DNA of 64,000 nt from Tubulanus polymorphus. Taxonomy: Eukaryota > Animalia > Nemertea. The position numbers and the translations under genes were made by a program. The notes under the pieces were generated by a model that did not search any database, had not been told where the DNA came from, and saw nothing but the letters and a program-made list of their open reading frames with translations. Positions 46,251 to 59,800 of the stretch are shown here, piece after piece. The stretch covers positions 10,125,847-10,189,846 of the forward strand of contig NC_134030.1 of NCBI RefSeq assembly GCF_964204645.1. The letters run 5' to 3'. Positions within the stretch are counted from its first letter, which is position 1; the number at the start of each line of letters is the position of its first letter.

Positions 46251-47203
46251 AATTCCAAGATCAGGTTTTGCTATCGTATCTTCGTACTCTTATTACTCGT
46301 ATTGAATGGAGCCGAGTTGCAGCTGCAAGTCGAAATAAAGCTTAAAACTGCATAGCGGCCGAACATCTTTTTATCCAGTGCTTCTTCTTCGTGGATCGGA
46401 TATAGCAGAACACTCAAGCTACGCGAATTTCCCAGATCAGTGCTGAAAAACAAATATATCTTTGAAGCGATTCCTCGTGATTCCTTCGTCCATTGCTCAT
46501 TTTGGCGCATGAAAATGCGATCTCCCTAAAACTTACACGCAGGGGCCGTGCGGACCCAGGGGGACCTGTGAGATTGTTTCAGGTCCGTCAATTTTTTTTG
46601 AAAGCCCTTTTTTATTTTGTCAACGAAGATGAAATTGGCACATTCCAATGCGGGAGTACACCCATTCAAAAGTGGCCTCATGGACCCACCCATGAGTCAC
46701 GTGTATATACTTATTCACACTATGGTGGTACATTCCTCCCAAAATGTTCCAGCCATACGAAAAATGTTCATAGTCTAGACTGGCCTTCTGGTTTTTATTG
46801 TACCTTTTTGACGGGGGACACCTGTTTTTGTTAAAAAGTGTTTACAATAACAGAAATCCAGCAATACATGTTATGAGAACAATATATATTTATATAAACA
46901 ATTACAATAAATTTGCACTGAGTCACTTGCTGCCAATTGATATATCCATTTATAAGACACATTAGGAAAACAGTTGAAGAAAACTTCCAGAAACAAAAAA
47001 ACGCAGGAAAGAACAGCCTACAATTAGCTCCAAAATCGTGGATTTTGTTTGCATAGTTAGTACCGAGGATAGAAAAGTGCTGACGATCGAGGACCATCGG
47101 TCCTAAACTGTTATAGAACGCCATTACACAACTTCACCCCGCGATTACTGCACCGCGCGTCGCGGAATAATAGAATTGAAATACGCGGTAAAAGTCCTTT
47201 ATG

Positions 47204-47674
47204 AGGCCACGCAAAAAATTGCTTGTATCTCATCGGTTTTATTATCCGCGCGCTTCAAGAAAAAAGTTCTTCGGTAAAAAAATGAAAATAAAAAATGCGC
47301 GTCCCGCGCATGCAGAAATCGGTTGTTGTTTCTTTTTTCAAAAAGTAAAATACTCCCGCACGCTTCCCGAATAAACTACCTGATCACACTTTTTACGTTT
47401 TAACTTCACGGTCGATACCCAATTGTTACTGTGGCAGGTGAGTATTTCGGTAACGAAGTGCTATCCATCCTGATTCAAGGTCGTAAACGCCTAAATTTCC
47501 CCATTTTAAGAAATAAAAAATAGCCGCCCTCGTCACATTTGGAATTTGGAATAAGGCTTTTTATCTATCTCTCATTTTTTAAAAAAGGAGGTCAAAATTA
47601 AAACCTGCCGCCCTCGTCGCTTTCCCAAAAAGGGCTAATGATGAATGTAACAAGGGTACTTCTGCGCGTGGCCT
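47204..47674. mobile_element. MITE with AGGCCACGC...GCGTGGCCT TIRs
   Basis: Inverted ends aggccacgcaaaaaattgcttgtatctcatc / gatgaatgtaacaagggtacttctgcgcgtggcct; internal ccgccctcgtc repeats. Confidence 0.6.
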
Positions 47675-48209
47675 AATGCCACTATTGGGACCAATAAAAG
47701 ACAGGGCATTACAACGAAGTCGGCGTTATATACGGAATGGAAAGTCACACGCGGCGCATTCGGCGCGTTAAGCGACCGGCGGCGTTAAAAGGGATGGCGT
47801 CATAACGGACTTCGACGTGTTATACCGATCAACACAACAAGGCGTCTATATATATGATACGAATTTGGTAAAATAATAAACCGAATTACGTACCCTAATT
47901 ACGTACGTACGTGTCATTACCATGACGCAAAATTTGCAAATCGAATGACACGCGGGTTACAGTGCTACAGTAGGCGCGTATATGTATATAGATGTATACA
48001 ATGAGTGTTCTGTTGGTCGTTTGGTCTCTAAATATTTACGACGTGCGCGTCTAAACTCGGAGTATATAATCAGTCCGATTACTCCCAAGATCTAACGTGC
48101 ATAAGTATGACGCTCATAATTCTATTACGAAATGTCTCGCGCGCGAGATAAGCACTCGGAAATTCGGAGGGTAGATGAGCATATTCAGTAAAACGAAAGA
48201 ATCAGTATA

Positions 48210-48386
48210 CAGCGGAACGCTCGTTACAACGAACTTCACGGGACCAGAATATCTGTTTGTCATAACGGATAGTTCGTTATATCCAGTATGAAATTAATCA
48301 AATTCTCTTACTTGGAACGAAATTCTATAGCACAGCTATATCCGATGAGTCGTCGTATCCAAGTTCGTTATAACGAGGTTCCACTG
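48210..48386. mobile_element. Tc1/mariner-pogo-like MITE (TA|CAG(T/C)GGAAC...GTTCCACTG|TA); relatives ~4531-4710, ~7560-7695, ~22000-22174, ~27704-27875, ~49048-49215, ~52457-52628, ~59155-59290, ~62905-62944
   Basis: TA flanks, CAGT-type TIRs and repeated gttataacga motifs. Confidence 0.8.
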
Positions 48387-50076
48387 TATACCAGTTCTCC
48401 ATTCTAGTGCGAAAAATTGCCAAGACTCTGACTGCCGAGGATTTTCTCTGACATAATGATATTTTTCGAACTAAGGCTACAGAAATTGATACCTTGTTTA
48501 TCCTATCTGCTAAGCTGAAAAGTTGACCGGCCGCATATCTACCCTGAACATTACTTTTTTTTTAAAGTCATCATTAGGCTCGCCATAACAGATCCTGCAG
48601 CTATAGAAATGAACTGATTACAAATTTTATCGCAGTTTACAAAAGTGACCCGGCCGCTGCGGAGAGACAACAAGGTGTAATTTTTTAGGCTAATGATTTC
48701 TTTAGGATTGCTTATTCTTGAGGAAATAAGTATTTTCTAATTATTTTCTTTTTGCTGGGTGCAGAACCTAACAATTCGCCTACGATCTTGATAGAAATCA
48801 CTGGTCCATATGGGTAGCGGATCTAAACGGGAGCACAACGTGGCAATTTTCCCGTGCCCTTTTGAAAATAAGATGGCAATATTTTTCGGGCACTTTTCTC
48901 ACCCGCAACTAATAAGACAGCCATACACAGCGCGAGGATTAGCTTATCACCCCTTAAATCTCCCTCAAGTGCCTAGAAATTGTATGAAAATTCACTGGAA
49001 TTTCTACATTTTCCAGACCCTTGTTGCGGCTGCGCACTGCCCTTATTCAGTAGAATCCGCTTAATTCGGATCGAGACCGACAAAATTCATCCGGTTTACG
49101 GGAAATCCGGATTAAAGATCATTTTCTTGTTTAATAACGAACGAACGGACTGCAAATATTGTCCGGATTAGACCGAAATCCGGATTAAGCCGATCAGAAT
49201 TAAGGGGGTTTGACCGCGTGATGTCTGTCTCATTAATGAGCTCCTATGAAACTCCGCTGCTGGTTCTGTTGCATGGGAGCCGGGAATGGAGCCGACTTTG
49301 TAGGAAACGAACAAAATAACCAGAAGATAATGAAAATGGTCGAATATGCTGACCATACTGCGCTGGCGAGCGCAATTCCCGATAAAAGCGACGACTATTC
49401 ATCGCGTTCTCCGGTGATGGCCATATACCGCACGATGTACGCATATATGTATATATATACAAATGGCAGTAAAGATATTATCTCAAATCGTTTCTCCGGG
49501 GAATTACTTGAGACGTATCTTCGAAAATCGCGATATTCCATTTAATATTAGATTAACCTCCGATCGACGCGTTGAGAGTCTCTTGGCGGCGATAAAGCCC
49601 TGAATATTCAGTCAGGACGCTATTTCATTATGGCCGTCTTTACGCATATTGACTGGATGCTCGCGCCGCGCGTATAGGACAAACCGCTTAAGCCCTAGAA
49701 GCCATTTTCATCATGCAATCGCTTTTTGATCTTGATTGCGCAATTTCAGACGCTGATATCTGGGATTCAAGTTTTTGCCGGAAGATTATTACTATGCATA
49801 AACGTCGACGCGTGTATTAGGCAGTTCTAGTTGGTTACGCTTTCTAAAATCACACAAATTCATACATTATGTATATACATGCATGTATTTATCAAACTGT
49901 ACAGTGCTATTCCGGTAAAAGGAGAAGTTTCGCGTTTCAAAAAGCGCTGCTGAGTGGCAAGCTCGCATGTCCTTGAAAAAGCTATGCGTGGAATATAATA
50001 TAAGGTTACAGCACAGCGCGCGCGCGCGCGGCCCTATATCGGTTATAACCGATAATTCTATCGACAGATCACGACG

Positions 50077-50730
50077 CTATCTCGAGAAATAAAACCAATA
50101 CGACAACAGTAAAATCTGTAAGAACGATACGCCTGCCGTTATAACCGATGCCGTAGTCACTAAAATCATTAACGCGTACAGAACCCGTAAATCCCTGTGC
50201 AGATCGGTCATCGTCTTCCAATGGACCACGTAATGACTCAGCGGGTGCAGCGGCGGGATCGTGGCCGCCGCCGTATCGCTCAGGTAATCGTAACCTCGGC
50301 AATATTCGATCGCCGGTTTCAGTCGATTCGTCGAAACTAGGATGCTAACGACGCAACACGATATGGCCGTTATCCAGCAGATCATCGTCACGAACACCGC
50401 TCCGATCCGTACGTCGTCGTTCAGAACGTTGGCCGACACAAGCGATATTATTCCCGTCGTCAAATACACTAAGCCGCCCCAGATTTCCATGCCCTCTTTC
50501 GTCAACGAGTGGACTAACGCACTGAGTACCCCGCAGGTGAGCATGATCAGCGCGCATACCAGAATCGTCGCCCCGCAAATCAGCGTGCACTTTTCGGGAA
50601 AGTTCGGTCGCACGGTTTCGTTGACGGTGTAGATGAGTTGCTGGCGTTCTCGGATGCTCAAAAGGCCGGAAGATTGCAAGTGCGAGCCGAGCTGTTCGTT
50701 GTACGTTAAGTTTTCAACCGCGATAGCCAT
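50077..50730 (-). CDS. MS4A/CD20-like four-transmembrane protein (217 aa, single coding exon)
   Basis: Four hydrophobic helices; TM2 GMEIWGGLVYLTTGIISL fits the CD20-family GxxxWxG motif. Splice acceptor at 50761-50762; candidate upstream non-coding exon donor at 52729. Confidence 0.8.
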   Translation of the reverse strand: MAIAVENLTYNEQLGSHLQSSGLLSIRERQQLIYTVNETVRPNFPEKCTLICGATILVCALIMLTCGVLSALVHSLTKEGMEIWGGLVYLTTGIISLVSANVLNDDVRIGAVFVTMICWITAISCCVVSILVSTNRLKPAIEYCRGYDYLSDTAAATIPPLHPLSHYVVHWKTMTDLHRDLRVLYALMILVTTASVITAGVSFLQILLLSYWFYFSR

Positions 50731-50946
50731 CGTGGCATCGCTTATCTCTCATCCATAAGCCTGTGTGTATAAAAAAAGAAACAAACTATCAGACATTACC
50801 AAAACATACGATTTCGCAGCTAGCATGATTTTCTATTCATCTAGAATCTGTCAAGATAACAATTGATGTTTTCGCGAGGTGCCATCGATTCGGAGTCGGT
50901 TTCCCGCACAAGGAACATAGTCCGACGACTGATCTTTCGGTACCTT

Positions 50947-51293
50947 AATGGGGTACCCGCAATGCTACTGTGGCAATCGAGTATTCCATGTATGGCAGGC
51001 GAGGATCCGCCAGGTTCGCTAGTAGATAGTTGGTCGTAGGCGTTCGATTTCTTCTACATTTCAATTACATCTGAATTAATTTTTCTCTTAAATGAATCAA
51101 TTATTTAAGAAAACTATGCCGATATCTGAGTAGAAGAATGGAAGTATTGTATATTTGGAGGGGAAATTGTGATGGATTGGGGAGTTTAAAAATCTAGTTC
51201 AAAGTTTATTGAAAATGAACAAATTTTGTCAATTGGCGACCTACTGCTAGTCACGCCATCTGGCGGGACAGCTGGTTTTGCGGGTACCCCATT
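50947..51293. mobile_element. MITE with AATGGGGTACCCGCAA TIRs; internally related copy ~60640-60920
   Basis: 16-bp inverted ends; shared tgctactg.ggcaatc.ag.attcca...tatggcagg interior. Confidence 0.7.
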
Positions 51294-52919
51294 GCACCTC
51301 ATTCCTTATACCTTATTCCGAAACGCTTCGTGCAAAACCCGCATCCTCGCAAGTTAACCTTGGTTCAGAAACTAGAACTGAACTCTCGACTGTACGCCAG
51401 ATTTCTTGCCGTTATTGTCTTTAGAACACTCACGCCGTCAGTCAATCTGTGCGCTTTTCACTATACCGTACCGTGTTAAACTGTTTATTTGATAACAGGT
51501 TGTACAGTCTTTTTTCAAGATGATGTATATATCGATTTGCCAAGGCGAACAACTGAAACATGAATATTATGCGCGCCGTGTGATGCCCGAAGCTCATATT
51601 ATAATACATTTCAACGCGCAATTTATATTTCCCATCCTCGTTTTATTGGATATGTTAATTTTCGTTAGCGCTTTGTAATATTCTCTCTCTCGACTTGACT
51701 TGCTTCTTGTGACGTAAATAATTTTCTTTAAAGAAATGAAAATGCTATTTAAAGCGTTCTAATAACCGTTGACTGCTCGGAGCCTAATCCTACGTGCGCA
51801 GGTGTATGGCAGCCTGTGCGCACTGATTAAGATATAACTTTTTTCCCTATACAGTTTATATATATATATATATAAATGTAGATAAAACCCCGTAGGAGGG
51901 AAAAGATTAATGTCTCCATATAGCCCCTACGGCGCGTATGGTGCCATACACATGTATATATTAAATGTAATAAACGCGTTGTTTTTTTAGAGACATGGAC
52001 TTATAGGCAATGATGCGCCGACAGGCCCCTTTCGTTTTTTTGAACGAGGCTATGGCAGCTCCTCGGCTGAAATTGGCGTAGCGCTCTAGTCGGCCTAAAT
52101 TCTATTTGCGACCGGGGATACTTTTCATTCGGTCCCGATTTTGGATTTTGAGCGGAAAGATTTTACCCGCACTCGGTACTTGTCCCCACCGAGTATAAGG
52201 GAGACCGGGACATGGTGGACACCCTGCAGTAGTTTACTGTGTAACCCAGTGTACCGGTACCGAGCACACCTTCGGTCGGAAATTGTTTTATTCCAGTGGA
52301 TGCCGTTACTTACTGATAGAAGATGATGATTCCTGTCATGACAGCATAACGAGCCTTATTATCCTAGTCTACACGGAGAGCAGTGTCGACACCAACTAAA
52401 CCGCTCACATGGGGAGCACGTGAAAATAGGCCCACCGTGCCCCAGTCTCCCCTATATGGTAGAACCTCGTTGTAATGAACTCAGATACAACGATTCGTCG
52501 GATACGAGACTAAAGAATTTCGTCCCAAGTGAGAAAATCCGATTAATTCCATACTGGATATAACGAGCTATCGGTTATAACGAACATATTTTCTGGTCCC
52601 ATCAAGTTCGCTGTAACGAGGTTTCCTCATAGTATTAGCCTACACTGTGAATCTAAACAAAGATGCACGCCCATTGCGGATAAACTTAATTGTTTTGAAA
52701 AAATATAACGACATGTATTTGGAACTTACTGTAGTTTTTTCTGCCGATTCGCCGCTTGTTGCACTCGATGACTCACGACGCATCGCTTGGTTTTCACGAA
52801 ATCAGAAAAGTCGTAATCTCGATTTTTATTTTTCGTATCGCTGAAGCAAAGCACGCGCGCTACGCGTTCATACTTAATAGACCGCGTTGCTGGTTTGGTT
52901 ACTGGCAAAGATAATTGCG

Positions 52920-52933
52920 GTCGCTATGGAAAC
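52920..52933. promoter_or_regulatory. RFX X-box upstream of the candidate first exon of the MS4A-like gene
   Basis: GTCGCTATGGAAAC (reverse complement GTTTCCATAGCGAC). Confidence 0.5.
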
Positions 52934-54708
52934 TGTATCATTCCCTCTATCGAATATAGTGCACAATTTACTGGTTTTCTGATCGATTTTGTTGAGAGAC
53001 GAGAAACGACTTGTTGATTCAACACATTAACTACTTTTCCTTTGTGTTTGTAAGAACTGTCAGCAGCTGGATGATACTCCAGTGGCGCTCAGTAGCGGTT
53101 GGTTCCGCAACGAGCCCGCGATTACGGTGGCGTGGGGAAACGGCGATTGCTTCACACGCGCCGTTCACCCGGCGACGCGGCGCACTAACTACGTTTCAAA
53201 TTATTTGTAGTAGTAGCTACGAAAATACAAGAATACTCCGTGAAATGCATTTTGGAAGAGAGTCAGGCGTTCTTAGTGTGTCGCAAGTATCCAGAGTAAC
53301 TGAATTTTAGACTGATTTAAAGCATCTAGCAGGGCGAACTTCGGTTATCGGAGTTAGTCGACTATTGAGTCGAACTAAACGAAACCGAATGTCAGTTAGT
53401 CGGAACTATGGTCCGGAAATGGTCGACCACGGGATAAAGCACGGTCGCTGTAGTTCCGATCCATTTCCAACATGGCCATTAGTCGACTAGCTACGAAAAC
53501 CGAAGTTGGCCCTGGCTGCCGGAATAAGGTTACAGTACAGCGCACGCGGTCCTCATATCGGTTATTACCTATTATTCTATCGACATCACATTTTCTGTTC
53601 TGAATGAAGAAGCCCCACAATCGAATTTTATATGATAAAATTTGTTAAAATGAAGCCACCACATCGTTTCAGCTGTTGATTAACAGCCATCATCGTAAAA
53701 TTTATGTAAAATTCCAATTGCGGCCCCCTTTGCAGATCATTCATCTAAAGTTTACCACGGATTAGATTTAAATCGACAACTAAATTTTCTTTGTTATCTA
53801 TCTTTGTTATCACATTCATTTTTAAAGAACTACTTGGCTCACCGACAAGAGTTTGGTCACTTTTCAAAAGAACTTGGGGATCAGGATCCCGCGCTTCACA
53901 TCTTCCGGCGATAGTAGTCGGCAGATCATATAGACTATCGAATAGGCTACCCCTTTTTTATTCTACAGCCAAAGAAGGCCCTTAGATCCGTCCGTGCACA
54001 GAGCACAGAGCATGGCGTCTCGGCACCCATCCACCGCTAAAAGCTACGTGCAGCGCGCCGGCGGAGCGGCAGTGGACCACGGTCCGATTAGACCACATTT
54101 AGAGCTAACCGATAATCTAATAGACGGTTACCGGTTTTCTCGGCGAATGCAGTCGACGGGCGCAAATCGTTCTTGCAATGATATCTCGTATCACTGGAAT
54201 AATCGACAAAACGAAGAACATACTTTTACAAATTAACACCTTACTATACCCGCATAATATCTACACCTACGTAGCATGTTACTCGTAACACAACAACTGT
54301 ACAAAAGTCCCGCCTGTAAAGCATGCGCCGGGATACAGCAAATAGATTTTTAAAAAACCATGCTAAGAATTATATTTTAAATAGCTTGAAGATATTACTC
54401 GTAAAATAAATATACATCTGTGGACCCAACATAATAAAGAATGATAGATCGATGATTGCGAGTATGTAAATAGGATTCTGTACTGATAACTGTAGATAAT
54501 ACTTCACAATTTAGAAAACCACAACAACAACAAAAAACATTAAAAACAAAGAATTGTTTTTCTTCTTATTTGGAAATACTAAAATAAGCTGAATGAAATT
54601 TTTTTTAGATATTGATTCAAGAACTTTCCTCTAGTGATTGTACGGAGCTTGAGGTTTTTTGCCTTTTAAACTGTATCTTCTCGCTATGATCATTCAGTTC
54701 CCCGATGT

Positions 54709-54774
54709 ACCTTTCCATTAGGAAATAAAGTAAGATATAGAACCTTTCCATTAGGAAATAAAGTAAGATATAGA
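54709..54774. repeat. Perfect 33-bp tandem duplication
   Basis: acctttccattaggaaataaagtaagatataga x2. Confidence 0.95.
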
Positions 54775-56860
54775 AAAAAAAACAAAATCCTACTCGTCCA
54801 GAAGAAAATTATCCAAATCATAACCAAACCAAGCCAGTGTCGAGCTTTTATTGAATGGCAGTTCTATTTAAAATATATATTAGGCATTTCACCATGAGAA
54901 GGGACACTCCCATTGAAAAAGAGAGATCTTAGATGTGATACCCATCAGTACACGAATAAATCATTTGAAATGGATTTAATAGTCTGTATTTTGTACAAAA
55001 CCCATGAAAAATGTATCCAAATATCGTGATCCGAAATTGTTGACACTCACTTTTAGAAAGGCCCTTGAGGCACATGTTAGGAGGTTAGTTCAATTGTACC
55101 CCCGCCGAACCATCCTCAGCATGGGCCTGACCGCCCGGCTCAGATCTTCAAAAAGTTAAACATTCTCAAAATGAACGTCACAAACTATAAAACCACCCAC
55201 AAACTTAATGCCGTCTACGGCATTATTTCAAAACATTTTCACCATTGAAAATCTTTCTCCCATATCGACACAATGATAAACATTCAACACCTCTTCGAAG
55301 CACTAATCAAAAATTCTCTCAATTTGGCAAAACCTTCGGCCTCAAACGCTGCACGAGAAAACATATAGGCCCCTCTAAAACCTAAAATATGACGTCACCT
55401 CCCACAATGAATCTGTAACAACGCGTTGTTGCAAAATGCTCATTGCCAGTGCAAAAACTTAGCGTCTTCATTAATATCAAAATACATTCCTACACAGATC
55501 TACTTTCCTATAATTTCTCTCTGTCAAGGATCAAACTCTTATCACGCCTATAATCTGTTTCCTCCCCTCTTAGTGCGCATGTAGCTGCCTCATTGGCTTT
55601 GTAAAGCCCACATAGAAAATCGAGCTCCAATATTTGTACGGTAAATTTTTAGGATTTTCGTTTTCGAATGTTTATTTTCCTCTTGATTTTATTGTTCTGC
55701 TTTTCCGTGGAATGAATATTGAATATTGGCGACCGGCATCCTTATTCAACTCGACTGCGCTGATTGGCGGAGATAAAAGCGCGAAATCGATAGTCCGATT
55801 GGTAAATTAATCAAGACAAGTGAAACCCTGAAACCTTCATCTTTTCAGATGAGTGATTAATGATAACTTTGAAAATGATTTTAGAAAATAGGGGTTGGGT
55901 AATAAAAGCTCGGGATTCGAACCCACATTTTGACACATCAGTCACAACAGCAGCGCCACCACACTTGTCAATAATCGATTGTGCAATACGGCACAAAATG
56001 AGATGAAATATTCTCTTTTGTCCAGTTCGGGCGAAGGTAATCCATCTGACGTGCATTGTTTATGTTGAATATTTTGCATATTTTGTTAATGTTAAGTCAG
56101 ATTGAGTTGTTACGTCGTTAAGATTCGGTAAAAATCGCTTTAATCAGCTAATTACTCAATTGATGAGTGTGATGTTTTTTACTTCCGGGTTTTAATTTCC
56201 CAGTTTACCTGCCACCGTCGTAAAGTTGATTAGTTAATTATTAGGAGCAGCTGTATTTTAGTAGGCAGTGTTCCTGATGTACCTAGCCTAACCTTAAACC
56301 TAATCCATGCTAACTTGCACCGACAAAGGTAGCCAAAAACTGCGGTTAACTGCAGTGCAGACCAATGGCAATAATGACCATCCTCATTTGCCAGGTTTTG
56401 ATTGCGGCCCGCTGAAGCTCACGCCAACACAAACCCTGGCTGCAATCCGTTCATCGATCTATTCCACGATTTCTTGAGCGGACGGGTGCCCATTCAGCGC
56501 CCACCAGAGTCTATATATCTATCCAATCAGGTGTTGTTTATAGAGCAAACGGCGTGCCGGTAAATCAAACCCTGGTAAGCGAAGATGAATAAAGACATGT
56601 CCAAATACAATTGGGGAATTTTTCTGAAGAACATAATTTATTTCCTAGGCGCGTTAATTGATTGAAGCATCTATTTTCTGACAGTTTCAGCAACTAGTAA
56701 GAAAATGATGAGAATAATCGCTGATTATTCACTCACAAAACCTATATAACTGCATCTGATTTATCGACTGATGTTATTTCATCTTTTTTCTCGCGATTTT
56801 AGGATTTCGCGAAGTAGAATTCGCGACCGGTATAATATAATCGAATACCGAGACAATCAA

Positions 56861-59800
56861 ATGGACGACATTCAAGTAGCGAGTCTGGTTCACACGGTCA
56901 GCTCGCACACCGGCGACGTCAACTGGGTATGTTTCTCCGGGCAAAACTTGGCGTCGAGCTCGGGCGACAAAACCGTCCGCCTGTGGAAACTCGACGACTT
57001 CAACGAGCAGGCGTGTTCGCCGTTGCTCGGACACACGTACCATGTGCATTGTTGCGTGTTTTCGCCGTTCGGAACGTTGTTGGCGAGCTGTTCGACCGAC
57101 GGTAAAGCGATATTGTGGGACGCGAAGTCCGGCGAGCAGATCGCGACGTTGTATCACAAGTCGAAGGCGAGCGTTCGCGTTTGTCGATTCTCACCCGATT
57201 CGTCGGTGCTGGCGACCGGGAGCGAGGACGAGTCGTTGTGCTTGTGGGATGTATCTAGTCGAAAGCTCATCAGGTAAGATAGCAGGCCCGTGCCGAGGGA
57301 GGGTTCAGGGGTAGCGTACAAAGCCCCTGATATTGCCCTCCAAAAAGTCAGTGTCGAAAACGTTTTGTCAAGAAATTTGGATACAATTTTAATGTTTCTT
57401 TGGAAAATGAAAAGTAATCCATTCTGAAATGATTTATATAGATGTCCTTTTTTCAATAGGAAAGTGCCCCTTTTCACGGTGAAAAAGTGCCCTTTTTCTT
57501 GGAAATAGAACTGCACCTCAACTAAGCTTGACACAGGCCTGAATAGCCCGGGATCGTGAAGATACTCGTTACAGAGTGCTTCAGATCTTAGGCTTACATG
57601 ACCAATTAAGTATCTCCGAGTAGGCCTAATGCAAATTCCAGGGCAGTCAGAGCAGAGATCAGTCGTTATGATGAATTTGAGTAAGAAAACTTGTGTCCCA
57701 GAGCGTCGTAATCCGAGGCAATCAACTTATAGATAAAGAGAATTTTGAGCCTACTTGGGGCTTTAGTCCCAGTGGGCTATTGGGTACATTTTTTATCCGT
57801 TTGTCCATCCGTAGTTTGAATACAGTTATTTTGGGAAGTTTCGAAGACACTTCTATGGGTTGTCGTGACATTCGGTTTATACATCTATCGACCGGATCAG
57901 AATCAAGATAGCCGACTGGCGGCCATTGTTGTGCGCCATAGGCCTATTCGTATGCCCCTAGGGCCCATTAGCATTGGGTCGATCGGACACAAGATGACAA
58001 GAAGGCAATTTTCGGCCTGAATTGCGAGACCTGTGCTTCTAATTGTTTGCCTTTCCATTGAAATTTGTGATGGGTATACTTTGGGAAAGGATCTTAAACG
58101 TATCAGATGTACTTTTATCAGTCAATTGTTGTGCAATCTGCGACCATCTTGTTGCTCGTGACATATTCGACGAGTTACTGCCCATCGCATCTCTGAAATT
58201 AGAACTTGTAGCCCTCAAGAAAGATTTGCTAAGGGGGCCTCCTTGATCCGCGTCTGAGTTGCGATCTTCGGCGATGCAATTGTTTAACATTTCGATTTTT
58301 CAGGACATTCGTCGGCCACGAAGCGACTGTAACGGCGCTCGCATTTTCACCGGACAGCACGTACATCATATCGGGCAGTACGAACGGAGATATACGTTTG
58401 TGGGACGCACGCTACGGACACGGTCAATGTCTCAGCATGAATTTAGACGCGCACGATCTCGGCGTTACGTGCTGCGAGTTCTCATCGACGTACGGCTCGG
58501 CAAGTAAGTGCGGTGAACTCTCGCTATCGGAACCAAAACCTGACTTGACTACCGCTACTGTTTGACGGTAGTATAGTAGACAGTGTTTTCAGTAAGAGCC
58601 AGTTCCCGGGTCCCAGGCCCGTCTGTCGTTTTTTAAGGACCCACCTGTTTTTTCAAACCAGCTTTCGTTTCAGGGACTGTGACATATTATGGGACCCTCC
58701 TGTTTTTCGAAGGGACCTGGCTTGTTAATTTCTTACTGAAAACACTGCTAGTAGATATCCTCGCTTGCCAGGGTTTGATTGCTTCCCGCCAAAGCTCACG
58801 CCAACATGACCGATGAAGGGTACGCGGCCAGGGTTCGCGTTGATTAGGGTTTCGGCGGATGGCAATCAAACACTGGCAAGCGAGGATGTATAGTAGACTG
58901 TGGTCAAGATTTAACTTTTTGGCGCTGTGGATAAAATCTGTCCCGACTTGAGTGATATCCTAGTTAGATGTATTCATGATAGGGTGACAAAAATATTTCA
59001 ACAAATGTCCGAGTTAAACAGTTGTTATGCCAGTTCAGCTGATAGGAACTGACTCGAGCATAGCGTACTGTGATTACTACTCTTTCAAGGGCTCATGAAA
59101 ACTTTCAGAATTATCTAAACACTCCCGAAATCTGAATAATTTTTCATTTATCTACAGTCAAAACCGCTGAATCCAGATCAATCTGCAGTCCATTTGTTAT
59201 ATGCTAGAAAATGACTTTCATTCCGGATTTCCATAAACTGGATGAATTTTGTTGGTCCCAAATGATCCATTTTAAGCGGATTCTACTGTAGGCCTATGTT
59301 ACCTTACCCTAATTTGTAGTGAAAACTGCTACGAATGAATATACACGTACCACAGGTAGTCTGGTCTCTCATATTTGTCACAGAGTTCATATCTGATTCC
59401 ACGGAACCTATAAATAGCTGACCATCAGGTGGCTGCAAATAATCGAGTGCGGACTGTATTCTTTCAAACAGATGAGGTGGACTTAATCCGTTCACAGCCT
59501 GGTGCTAACTACGTACCATGGCTCTATCATAATGAACTGTTTGACCTAGTCTATTTTCGTAAGGTGTATTTGCAGAAAATGCGCATATGAAATAGCTTGC
59601 TTGTTGATTGAGAATAATAAACTGAAACTTATTTCGATTTGCATAGGCCCTATATATTTTTCATATCGATATATAGAAATGTATCAAATTTTTCTCTCCT
59701 TTAGGTAACAGTGATTCCATGCAGAGAGTTTTTTTATTGGCCAGTTGTGGAAACGACAATTTAGTGAAACTTTGGGACATCATTAGTACCCCCGGAGGAC

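Noticed and set aside
45939-46355. Leu/Ser/Pro-rich or Glu/Arg-rich ORFs
   Set aside because: Translations of the CT microsatellite.
55130-55260. Possible LINE ORF2 remnant (QIFKKLNILKM)
   Set aside because: Match too short and degenerate to call by eye.
56570-56582. CTG|GTAAGC as a WDSUB1 5'UTR donor
   Set aside because: It lies within the TIR of the 56380-56587 MITE. GAAG|GTAATC at ~56037 is the more plausible donor.
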